Shown in pieces: positions 11,901 through 22,005 of a stretch of DNA of 64,000 nucleotides. The notes under the pieces are model-generated. The model made no database searches. It was not told where the DNA came from and saw only the letters and a list, made by a program, of their open reading frames with translations. The position numbers and the translations under genes were made by a program. The DNA lies in assembly GCA_025558095.1 (NCBI GenBank), contig JAIVFI010000027.1:310001-374000 (forward strand), read 5' to 3'. How positions within the stretch are numbered: the stretch's first letter is position 1; every line of letters starts with the position of its first letter. The DNA is from Hyaloraphidium curvatum SAG 235-1 (lineage: Eukaryota > Fungi > Monoblepharomycota).

Positions 11901-13468
11901 CGCCGGCGTCAGTCACAGTGGCCGCCCGCGTCGGTCACAGTGGCCAAGGTCCATGCCAGACAATCAGAGTATTGCGGTCCCGGTCATGTCCCGGCAAAGT
12001 GCGCGCAAGTCGAGGCCCAAGGTGCACGGTATCCGCATTCCCATCGACCCGCCAAGCTTGCCGGAGCGTCAGCACGCCCAAGCTTTGCGCGGAGGAGGTG
12101 CTCTGAACCAGCATAAACGGCGAGCACGGCGGTTCAAGCCCACGGGAAAAGCAGTTCTGCCCGAACGCGAGTGTAGGCGTTGCGTGAGCATGCAAATGCC
12201 GCGAGTCCTGCTGCACCCATCGACAATCCACGCTCTCCCTCCCGCCCTCTGGGCACCGCGCCCGCCCGGGAAGCGATGCCGCGCACCGTGCCCGTGGAAT
12301 CCCGCCCGGCGCCGCCGACGCGCGCCAGGATGCGCTGCGGCAAGGGCCGCGCGAGTCGGTCCGTGGCGTTTTCGGCCGCCCGCGCGCATCCGTGCATCCA
12401 CGGGTGGGGCGGAGGGGTCTGTTCGGGGAGGGGGTCATGAGGTGGGATTCCGTGGTTTTGCTGGGAGCGGCGAGGGCCGGCGGCCGTCCCACGGCGCCGT
12501 GACCGGGGTGTTGGCGAGGAGGTGGGTCCGACTCCGCCCGCGCGCGTCGGCTTCCCCGCACCGCTGACGGTGCGTCTGTAGGGACCACGCCGAGCGGAGT
12601 TTTGTGGTCCGGCGGCGGAGGTTGCGGCTCCCCATGAGCCCCCGCACCATCCTGATGGACACAGCGCCGCCCCGCATGGTCGACGTCCCCGGCGACCGAG
12701 CTTGCGCGGCGGAGTTGCGCCGGGGTACAGGAACGGGGCACCGACGCCGGCGCTCGTTCCACCTGCCCTCCGCCGCCATGGAGCGCGTCCCGCCGATCGC
12801 GGTGACGCGGCAAGGCGCGGCGCGATGCGCTTCCACTTCGTCGCGGCCGCGCTTCGACGCCTCCGGCAGCACGAGGTCGAGCTGCGACGGTGTCTGGTGC
12901 TTGTAGGTGCCCCAGCCCGTTCCCCCCGACCCTCTTTCCGGTGCTTTGGCGGGCGCGGGCTGTTTGGAGTCGCTCGGAGCGGCGCGCCGTGCGGACCGGC
13001 TCGCCCACAACCTCCTCTCCAACTCGACCGCGGATCCCCCGCGAGTCAGACCCGTGCTCCCCGCGGCACGCGTCGGAGACGGAAGCGCCGGCCGCGCTCG
13101 GTGCGCCCCTCGGTCGCCCGGTGAGTGATTCGCGTGCTCGGGCAGCGCGCGCTCATCTCCTCTCGCTCGTTCCCTCCGAAGCTCCCTCGCGTCGGACACC
13201 TGGCCACGCGTCCGCGCACTCCGCCTGTTCCGCACCGGTCGGGTCAGGAACCCCTCGTCGTGCTGGCGTGGGGCCGCACAGCGAGATCTCGCGGCGACCG
13301 CCCGGCACGTCTTGCTGCTGGCTCTCCGCCTCGCAGCTGCTCAGCACCCAGCTCTACGCGCGCGCTCTGCTACCTTCTAGACCTTCTTGCTACGTGGAAG
13401 AGGACTTGGAGGCCCGCGCGCGTAGCTGCCAGCGTTCCTGCCGCCTCGATCCCGGGACCGGCGACACA

Positions 13469-16400
13469 ATGAGCGGCGTCGCGGCCGGCAGCGTCATGTC
13501 GGTCGCGGACGGCACTGGCTGCGACGTTCAGGATGTGTCGCCCCACATTACGCACTGTCTGACCCTCTTGCTGGAGGCCGAGGACGGGGCGGGTGGCGTG
13601 GACGCTTCCGTGATGCGGGCACCTCACGCTCAGCGGCTCGCGGGTCACGTCCCAGTCGCGACTCTCGTGTTTCCGGAAGGAGAAGGTCCCACGTTGACGG
13701 ACAGGTGCCTTGTTCTGAAGCCGCGGAACTGGGTCCCCGTCGACCAGCTGGGCGACAGCGACGTTGTGTTTGGGTCTATGACGGTGGTCAGACGCGATGC
13801 TTGCACTGTGGAGGACTACGTCATGAAGCTTGAACACCTGAACAAGGAGCTTCACTCGAACCATCCCAAGGGCTTCCACGATCAGCTCCGGTTTAGGCGC
13901 CTCGGTGGTGCGGTCCTCAGCGACGGCACGATCTCCCAGAGCCACGGACGGACGTACGGCACGCTCTACCTCAATCACCCTTATGATGTTGCGGTTGCTC
14001 AGCGAGACATAGAAGCTTTGACCGGGAGCCCATGGGACGGCGTAAGGCACTCTACAGAACGGAAGAGCGCGTTTGGCAACAATTTCGAGCTGAGATTGCC
14101 AGCTGCTTTGGCCAGGGACATTGCCGCTGCCACGGGACAGAACGGACGCAAAACCGACAAAGCACCTGCTCTTTTCCCACCCGCCCTCGAGGGCGCTGGG
14201 GTCCCGCGCGCCCATCGGGACGAACACCTGAGCGGAATCTATGGTGGCGACGGTTGCGCGACCGTCTATGTCAGACCCGCTGACAATTTCACCGAGATAC
14301 GCTACACTTTCTCTGCAAAGAAGGTGTTCAAATCCGATGCGGAAAGGATGTTCAACGACCATATGCTCCCGTGGCTCACCGAACGGGGTCTGACTGCGTC
14401 TTTGAAGGTCGCCCGCGAGTATTCTACGAAGGACGGCACTTTGATGCTGGAGTTCTCAGTGACACACACCATTCCGGAGATCCCAGACTTTTCCAATACT
14501 CTGCATTTCGCCTATGACGCGAGCAAGCAACTGCGTCAGACCATGGCAGAGTTGTACCGTCGTTATTGGGAGTTCGCGGCCGATATCTACCGCAACTTTC
14601 TCCGGAGTGCGTTGCGTGCCTATGCTGGCGGAGGTGTCACGCAGCCGCAGGCGATTCTTCAGGCTCGGAACGAGTACGAGACGCGGTATCCCTGGATGAA
14701 AGCCTCTCTGCCATGCTCACGGACTTACTTGTCCGAGCTGAAGAGCGGTCGTAGAGACGTCGAGCACGCTGGCGAAAAGCGAAGGATACCCCCGCTTGCC
14801 GAGTGGCTGGAGAAGAACGGAACCAGCGACTTCTTCCTGGTCGAGGGCCGCGGCGAGCGAAAGATTGCTTACGGACTCAAGCGGGGAGATGGGGGCCGCA
14901 TTACCCTGCCGTTCTTCCCGCGGAGGCTTGCCGCCGTGCGTCGTTCGGGGGCGAGGGGTGCCGGGCGGGCCAGGCTGGCCCAAGCCTTCAAGCTCTTCAA
15001 CGAGAACTTCAACATTTTCCTCATCGACAACGTTCTCGTCGCGTTCGTGTGAGCTTTTACTCGAGTCTCTGCAGCTTCTCGTCGCACTGATTCGCTCCGT
15101 AGAGACGACCCGGACGAGATCGAGGCATTGCGCGCGCGGACGGCGCCCCTCCTCCGGAAGTTGGACGCCAACGGGATCCCTGTGGGGTGGAAGCCGCGGG
15201 AGCCTGCTCCTGAGACGAAGGGCGGGGGCACCGAGAAGCGACCGGCTGCCGACATGGCCGACGGCGGGGAGCAAGACGGCCGGAGGCCGAAGCGTCCGCG
15301 TCAGGCGTCGGCGCGTGGCAGCAAGTCGGGATCCGACGACGGCCCACTCGTCTACGGTCTCCTGAAGGCGAAGCAGGTGGGTGCTTGGCTGGTGGCGTGT
15401 CGCTGCATCGCGAGACCCACGCCGTCTGTCCTTTCCAGCTTGTCAACCTCGACGTGGCCATTCGCGATCGTTTCGAGCACCTGCTGCTCGACACGTTCAA
15501 GACCGTCGGGGGTTCCGATCAAGTACTCTTGGCCGGAGAAGTGCTCGAGCAGCTGATGGTCGAGTACGACGAGGATCCCTGGCGGCAGGAGCGAGATCAG
15601 GTCGCGATGGAGGCGCTGATTGCGGAGTTGATGGTCAACATGAACTCCGTGAGCCTGTGCCTCTCCAGACACTTGCGCTCGGATGATTGACTTGTGCCTA
15701 CCGCGCAGCGAGGGCTCATCTCGTTCGATCGAGGGCACGAGCGGGCGGACAGGGCGGACGACGGGGAGGGGGAGGATTGGCTGGACGACGTGAAGGAACA
15801 CGAGGACGGCAGCGTCTTGTCGGCTTACGGCGACTTATCGGAGGCGGCAGCTGGGCGGGAGTGCTGGGGGGGCGTTTTCAACCAGGGTGTGGTTCGGGAA
15901 TTCGCCTCCATCGACGATCTGGAGCCGTGGATGCGGACGGCGGGCATCGAGGTAATGTTGCCCGAAGCAAAGAATCTCGGTTCTTTGACACGCTGCGCAG
16001 GAACTCTGGTCCCGTGCCCATCGCGTCGCCGAGGCCGAGGCCGAAGCCGAAGAGGAGGACGAGCAGCAGATGCTTCTCAAGGACTACCGCAAGTTCCAAG
16101 AGCGAGTGTGGCCGCCGGAGGACCCGGAGGTGGGGGAAGCTGTTGCGTGTTCTGCTGACGACTAACGCAAGCGCAGTCGATCAAGGAGATGGACGAGATT
16201 GACGGAATTGTAGCGGATTTGCTCGGGGGAGGCATTGTGGACCGCGCGACAGTGGACATGATCCAGGTTGGTTCCTTCGCCTCTACTCGTGCGCGACAGC
16301 GCGACACCAACGTGCTCCTTGTCACAGGACCGTATCCAGGCCGTGATGGCCGGAGATGGGGACGTTTTGGTCATGGAAGAGGAGGCGGAGCCAAGCATCG

Positions 16401-16567
16401 TTGACTTGCTTGAGGCGGTACGTTAATCTTCTGGCTCTCGGGTTGCGCCTGATTGGGCTGTTGGATTCCGCCAGCTCCACGACCGAGCTACGGCGATGAG
16501 GCCTCGTCGCAGACTGCTAGAATGGAGCGACCTGACGAAGGAAGAGTACGAGGCGTTGTGGATTTAG
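13469..16567 (+). CDS. Intein-derived protein: degenerate Hint + LAGLIDADG endonuclease fused to an acidic C-terminal region, ~902 aa, 8 exons
   Basis: Exons 13469-15048, 15103-15376, 15439-15648, 15709-15951, 16001-16129, 16177-16266, 16328-16417, 16475-16567 join in one open frame through GT-AG introns. Motifs LGGAVLSDG and HLSGIYGGDG. Hint-like N-terminus GVAAGSVMSVADG...WVPVDQL..SDVV. Block F/G-like FKLFNENFNIFLIDNVLV. Confidence 0.8.
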
Positions 16568-16952
16568 ATTCATGGTGGGTCGTGGAGTTTAGTTGACGGC
16601 AGCGGCAGACTGATGTTGCTTAGACAGGCATCCTTCGCACGTGCGACACAAAGGAAACGATCTGCTGCTTAACGATACCCCCGCCATGTGCATTCCAACT
16701 GCTGTAGATAACCACGAATCGAAGAATTTTATCCAGTAACCATTGAGCTCGGCTGAGGCAGCGGACCCCATCCGACAACGAGTAGTAGCGCCAGCTTAGC
16801 AGTGCTCAAATATTCTTCACATTAGTTTCCTTCAGCTTTTTGCTTTTGCATTCGTGCGTCAGGGTTGGGCGGTGGGGGACAGCCGGAATCTCGGGGTCCT
16901 CCACCCGTCCGACTCTCCTGACCGCCTTCCCCCCGACCGCATCGCGGCGCCG

Positions 16953-17472
16953 ATGTGGAAGTTCAAATCGGCGCCGTCGTCCGACGCCACGCCGGCGCAA
17001 CGGCTCGAGATGGAGATGCTCGCGGCGGTCAAGGCGGCCAACGCCGACATCCTGCGCGGCTACGCGCTGCGGTTCGACGCGCCGCTCGACCACGCCGACC
17101 CCGACGACGGCCAGACGCTGCTGATCAAGGCGGCGATCCACGAGGAGGGGCTGGAGCACCGGGTCTCCCTCTGCCGCATCCTGCTCGAGAAGGGCGCGAA
17201 CCCCGACGCAAGGCAAAGAACAAGAACGCGCAGACGCCGCTCATGTACGCCGCCTCGATGCCCGCCTACAACGTGCCCGTGCTGCGGTTGCTGCTCGACT
17301 ACGGCGCGGACATCGACGCCCTGTCGGGCCAATGCCACACGGCCATCTCGGTCGCCGCCTACCTGGGCCACGAGTCCAACGTGCGCTTCCTGCTGCGCGA
17401 GGGCGCCGACATCGCCGTCAAGGACGGCCAGGGGAAGACCGCCGCGGACTGGGCCTGCGACAAGGACGCGAT
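16953..17472 (+). pseudogene. Ankyrin-repeat protein, frameshifted and 3'-truncated
   Basis: GQTLLIKAA, LLEKGANPDA, QTPLMYAA, LLDYGADIDA, GKTAADWA. Frameshift at ~17208-17216. Runs into antisense carboxyltransferase sequence at ~17473. Confidence 0.8.
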
Positions 17473-17652
17473 CTGGCGTTTCACGCCCGGATCCGAAGGC
17501 TCGAGGAACCGCGACCGCGAGGCGCGGTCCGCCACCTCGGCGAGCACGCCCGCGTACGGGGCGCCGGGCGGCGGCGGGGGCGCCTCGGGCGCGAGAGAGG
17601 AAGAGAGCTGCGCGGCGACCGCGGCGATGCGCTCCGCGGCGGACTTGGGCAT
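17473..17652 (-). pseudogene. 5' part of the carboxyltransferase gene, separated from 5532-7098
   Basis: MPKSAAERIAAVAAQL has a PTS2 consensus R-I-x5-Q-L. VLAEVADRASRSRFLEPSDPGVKRQ matches the family N-terminus that precedes GKLTxRER. Same strand as the 3' part. Confidence 0.7.
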
Positions 17653-18027
17653 GCTGGGAGGTGTGGGAGACAAAGGAGGATTGCGAGGTGGTGACCCTCT
17701 CGATCAACTCCTTCTGCCCCCCCTGGCCAGATTGCCTTCGTCACTGCAAATCTGCGAGCTAAGGTGATCCTCATGAGTTAGAAGGATTGCTCTCCATTTC
17801 CGATGGCGCGCGGCCGGAAGGGCCACTTCGGAATCCGCCCGTCCAGCCTCGAAACCGTCCAATCCATCATTTCTCCCGGCGATCCGGCACGGTCGCGGAC
17901 ACAGTTAGAGGTAGCTGCTTCATCACTAAAACTTGGATGGGACGCGCCCTGGTCGCCTTACTTGTATCCAGAAGTGATCGATTGCGCACCTCTAATTCCC
18001 GCAACCGCATCTCCCGGCTGTATCGCA

Positions 18028-19473
18028 ATGCGGAGCCTCCTCTCCGCCGTGATCCTCGTCGGCCTCGCGGCCCACGCGCGCGGCGAGGTCGACCCGCGCA
18101 CGCTCGTCCTGCGGTGCGCGGTGGGCGGCGACCGGTCCGCCGCGCTGTCTGCGCTGCACGGCGCGGCGGCGGCGGCGCGCGCCGACGTGTGGCGCGTCGG
18201 CGCATCGGACTTTGACGTGCGCGTGGCGCCGCACGACGCGCCGGAATGGCGCGCCGCGTTCGCCTGCGCCGACTGGATCGGGGACGTGTCGCCGCTGCTC
18301 GCCGCGGCCTCGCGCGTCGCCTCGCTGCTGCCGCCCCCGCCGGCCGCACACGCCGCGCAGCACGCGATCGGCCGCCGTCCCCGGCCCCTCAAGCACGACT
18401 TTGACTCGTACCTCGACTACCCGTCCATGGTCGCCCTCCTCGAAAGCTACGCCGCCGAGAACCCCGCCATCGCCCGCTTCGTGCCCTCCATGGGCGTGCC
18501 CACCTGGGAACACCGCAACATCTCGTGCCTGGTTATCCGATCTGCCGCCGAAGCGGCAACGCGCGCCGCCGCGGTCCGCGAGGGGCGGAACCAGGTCCTC
18601 TTCACCGGCGGCATGCACGCCCGCGAGTGGATCGCCCCAGCGACGGTGCTCTTCATCACCCACCGCATCCTAGAGGAGCACGGCAAGCCGGGCTCGGCGG
18701 TGCGGGCGCTGCTCGAGGAGGAGGGCGTGGAGTGGACCCTGTGCCCCTGCGTGAATCCGGACGGCTATACATATGCGCACAAGGGGAGCGGGCAGAGGCT
18801 CTGGCGCAAGAACAGGCGCAGCAACGGCCTAGGATCCTACGGCGTCGATTTAAATAGGAACTTTCCGGTGCATTGGGGAGAGACGGGCTCGAGCAGCCTT
18901 CCTTTCTCCGAGATCTACCAGGGTGCGTGTTTGGACCTTTCGAACTGCCAATCTCGAGCGTCAAACCCACTAACGCCCCTTGGCAGGTCCGTCGGCCGGC
19001 TCCGAGCCCGAGACCCAGGCCATCATGTCCTTCTCCCGCTCCCTGCCCAACCTCACCGCCTCGATCGATTTCCACTCCTTCGGCCAGCTCATCCTCCGCT
19101 CCTGGGGCTTCACCGAACGCCCGTCCCGCAACGAGCGCATCCTCAAGAAGCTCGGCGACGGCATGGGGCACCACCTGCCCGGCTACACCTCGGAGCAGTC
19201 GAGCGCGCTGTACCCGACCAGCGGGAGCGTGGACGACTGGCTGAGCGCCGAGCTGGGGATCGCGGGGTTCACGATCGAGCTCAGGTGGGTCCGGAGCGGT
19301 GGGGCGCGGGAACGAAACACGCTCACCGTGTGCCTGTCGACAGGGACAAGGGAGACAAGGGCTTCCTGCTCCCACCCTCTGAGATCAAGACCGTAGGGGC
19401 CGAGGCGTTCGAGGCCGCCATGTTCTTCACCAAGTTCGTGCTGATGCACGAGATCCCCCCAAACGGGGAGTAA
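18028..19473 (+). CDS. Secreted zinc carboxypeptidase, M14A
   Basis: Signal peptide, GGMHAREW, NPDGY, LWRKNR, GVDLNRNF, IDFHSF, FTIELR. Introns ~18923-18987 and ~19285-19342. Confidence 0.92.
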   Translation: MRSLLSAVILVGLAAHARGEVDPRTLVLRCAVGGDRSAALSALHGAAAAARADVWRVGASDFDVRVAPHDAPEWRAAFACADWIGDVSPLLAAASRVASLLPPPPAAHAAQHAIGRRPRPLKHDFDSYLDYPSMVALLESYAAENPAIARFVPSMGVPTWEHRNISCLVIRSAAEAATRAAAVREGRNQVLFTGGMHAREWIAPATVLFITHRILEEHGKPGSAVRALLEEEGVEWTLCPCVNPDGYTYAHKGSGQRLWRKNRRSNGLGSYGVDLNRNFPVHWGETGSSSLPFSEIYQGACLDLSNCQSRASNPLTPLGRSVGRLRARDPGHHVLLPLPAQPHRLDRFPLLRPAHPPLLGLHRTPVPQRAHPQEARRRHGAPPARLHLGAVERAVPDQRERGRLAERRAGDRGVHDRAQVGPERWGAGTKHAHRVPVDRDKGDKGFLLPPSEIKTVGAEAFEAAMFFTKFVLMHEIPPNGE

Positions 19474-19511
19474 TGACGGGCGGGGCCGAATCCGTTGGCG
19501 CTTTTGGGCCA

Positions 19512-21073
19512 TCATTTGTCCTGCGGAACGAACGAATGTAGCTCCGGTCGGCCCGCATCCTGCACCGGCACCCACCGGGTATACCGTCCACACCGCCACC
19601 CTCCCGTCCTTCCCCCCGCTCGCGAACCTCCCGCCTTCGCCGCACGCCAGCGCCGCCACGCCCTCGCGGTGGTACCGCAGCACAGCCAGGGGCTTCCTCC
19701 GGGTGGACACGAGCCTGATCCTGTCCGGCGGTCAGTGCGGGCATTCGAGGGCGGGAAGCGGATACGGACTTGCCGTCCCAGCCACCGGAGATGAGCAGCT
19801 TGCCGTCGGGGCGAACGAGCGCGCAGGCGGTGCCGGGAGTGCGTATCCCGACATGGTTGAGGGTGACGACGGCAGCCTTTTCGTCCTGCGCCGTTCGAAC
19901 GGCGGTCAGCTCTGCGCCGGCAGAAGGGGAGGCAGCGATCCACCTGGTAGGCTAGGTGCACGAAGCCGAGCGAGTCGTCGGCGGAGCCGGTGCAGAGGAG
20001 GGACGAGTCGGGGGAGGGTGACATGCAGAGGACTGGGCGGACCCGTCAGCAGCGATTCCGGCTCGAAGTGACCGTCACGGGCTACGCACCTGGTTCCTCG
20101 TGAACCCTGAACTTAGCCACCATTTGCGGGGCCTCGGATGACGTGCCGGCCAGCGCCGGTTCGGCGTCGAAAAGGGCCACGTCGCCGCTCTCGTACGCGG
20201 CGGCGAGGAAGCGGCGCGACTGCGGGGAGGTGAGGAAGGCGAGGGCCATGACGATGCCTGTATGAAAAGGGGAAATTGGCCCGCCGTCGGATGCTGGAGA
20301 AAAGGCGGACGCACCGCATGCCTTGGCTTCGGTCTTGTCGGGCACGGCGAGGGGCGGGCAGATGACGGCTTCGGCGGCGACGTCCAAAAGATCAATCTGG
20401 AAGGGAAGGCCGCGTTCAGGAAAGCTCGACCGCCCTCCAACGTCGCCCGCCCACCTTGTTTGCGTCTTCCTTGCTCGGCACCGCGAGCACGGTCCGTCCG
20501 CCCTCCTGCAGCACCGCCATCCGGCAGTAATTGAGCGTGTTGACGATGATCGATTTCAGAGGCTTGCCCGGCTCCGCGGGCGGCCGGAACGGGATGACGT
20601 GGACCAGGTGGTCCCGTCCGTGCCTGACCCCGTCGCGAAGGATCAGAACCCCGCGTCCGGGAGGGCAAACGGGGCCAACCCACGTTATGAGCACGCTCTG
20701 TCCGTCCGCAATCCCCGTCCAGAGGGCCAGCACGCTGCCGGCGTGGAGCCGGGCGGTCCAAGCGCGCTTGCGGCGGAGGAGGTCCCAGAGGGCGACGTTC
20801 CCGTCGCCATCGCTGGAAGCGGCACCAACCGGGGTACGGAAGAGGTGCATGTGACAGCATAGCAATCGATGCCGGGGCACAGAGAGGGAGGTAGGCCGGT
20901 GCACGGCACGGAGGGATCCGAGAATGAGAGCGCGTTCCGAGCCTTCGGGCGTCGCGAGAGCCCGCTGCCCACCCCGAGACCAGAAACGCCCCGCCCGGCG
21001 CAAAATGCAGGGCACTAAGTTCGCAATCGTGGCCTCGGAGGACAAAATCCGGGTCCGGCGGCGGTCCGGGCAT
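19512..21073 (-). CDS. ASA1: WD40 protein, ASTRA-associated protein 1 / GNB1L-like
   Basis: PPPDPDFVLRGH, AAAYESGDVALFD, RKPLAVLRYHREGV, ASGGKDGRVAVWTVY. Multiple introns. Confidence 0.75.
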
Positions 21074-21262
21074 GGCGGCGACGAAGAGGTCTTTTTGAGA
21101 CGCGCGAGAGCGGCAAATTGACTTCGTAGTCGATTCGGCCGCGTTACGCGTCGAACGTCGTCAGTCCAAGGAGAAAGGACGGCTTCATCGCTGAGAACCG
21201 AGTCCTGCGCGCTGGGCCCCCGGAACGCCCCGCCGCTTCCGAGAGACGCCCCGAAACGCGCG

Positions 21263-21841
21263 ATGGAACCCCGCACGCTCCCGTCCCTGGCGCCCGAAAT
21301 CGTCTGCGAGATTGCCTCCTACCTCGACGACTCGGAGCTCTCCCTGTTTGCGAGGAGCTGCCGCGCCGCGAATGCTTCCCTGCTCCCCGTTCTGTACCGC
21401 CGCATGGCCCGCAAGTTCTCGCGCGCTCGCTCGCTCCTCGAGGTCCTGAACAGGGCCGCCAAAGCCAAGGAGAAGAAGGGCTTCGATCTCGTCTGGTACG
21501 CGCGCAAGGATATCGTCAACCCGCACCCGGCGTCGATCCCCGGCATGCGTAGGGTCGACCAGGAGTTGCCGCACGAAGTCGAGAAGCTCCAATCGGAAGA
21601 GTACGGCAACTGGCAGCACGGATTCAACACCGGGATGCTGGGGATGGCGCGCTTGTTCACCAGGATCCTCGGCGCGAGGGAGAAAGCATGCTCCTTCATC
21701 GATCAGGAAAGAGAGCTCGATGAACTGGGTGTGCCCAGGGGCTACGATAGGGGAAGCAAGACAGCTCAGGAAGAGGAGGACGAAATGACGACTTCGATCA
21801 TCCAGCAGGCCCTGGGCGACTTCCCGGAGACGGACACGTAG
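21263..21841 (+). CDS. Small F-box-like protein, intronless
   Basis: LPSLAPEIVCEIASYLDDSELSLFARSCR....LLPVLYR at the N-terminus. Confidence 0.65.
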   Translation: MEPRTLPSLAPEIVCEIASYLDDSELSLFARSCRAANASLLPVLYRRMARKFSRARSLLEVLNRAAKAKEKKGFDLVWYARKDIVNPHPASIPGMRRVDQELPHEVEKLQSEEYGNWQHGFNTGMLGMARLFTRILGAREKACSFIDQERELDELGVPRGYDRGSKTAQEEEDEMTTSIIQQALGDFPETDT

Positions 21842-22005
21842 ATCTCCGTATGATGTGCTCAATGACACTTTGTTGGCTTCGACATCGCCCTTTTAATGGT
21901 CCTCGCAGTTCAGTCCTGAGATTCTTCCGTGATGAAGCCTCGTTCATGGATCTGGCTCTTACCCAGCGTCCGTTATTGAACCGTTCGCCTTCCATGGTCA
22001 CATGT

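Noticed and set aside
11353-12567. 404-aa ORF and many other long Arg/Pro/Ala-rich ORFs in the track
   Set aside because: Typical stop-poor shadow frames of high-GC DNA with no domain signal.
12890-13468. N-terminal extein upstream of the intein in the 720-aa ORF
   Set aside because: The ORF starts at a non-ATG codon and the sequence is low-complexity Arg/Pro/Ser with no host-protein motif. ATG 13469 coincides with the intein start.
7099-17472. Block as a giant spliceosomal intron of the carboxyltransferase
   Set aside because: No GT donor after GVKRQ, and ~30 conserved codons are missing, so splicing would not restore the protein.
17473-17767. C-terminal extension of the ankyrin protein
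   Set aside because: It is the antisense of the carboxyltransferase 5' exon, read through after the junction.
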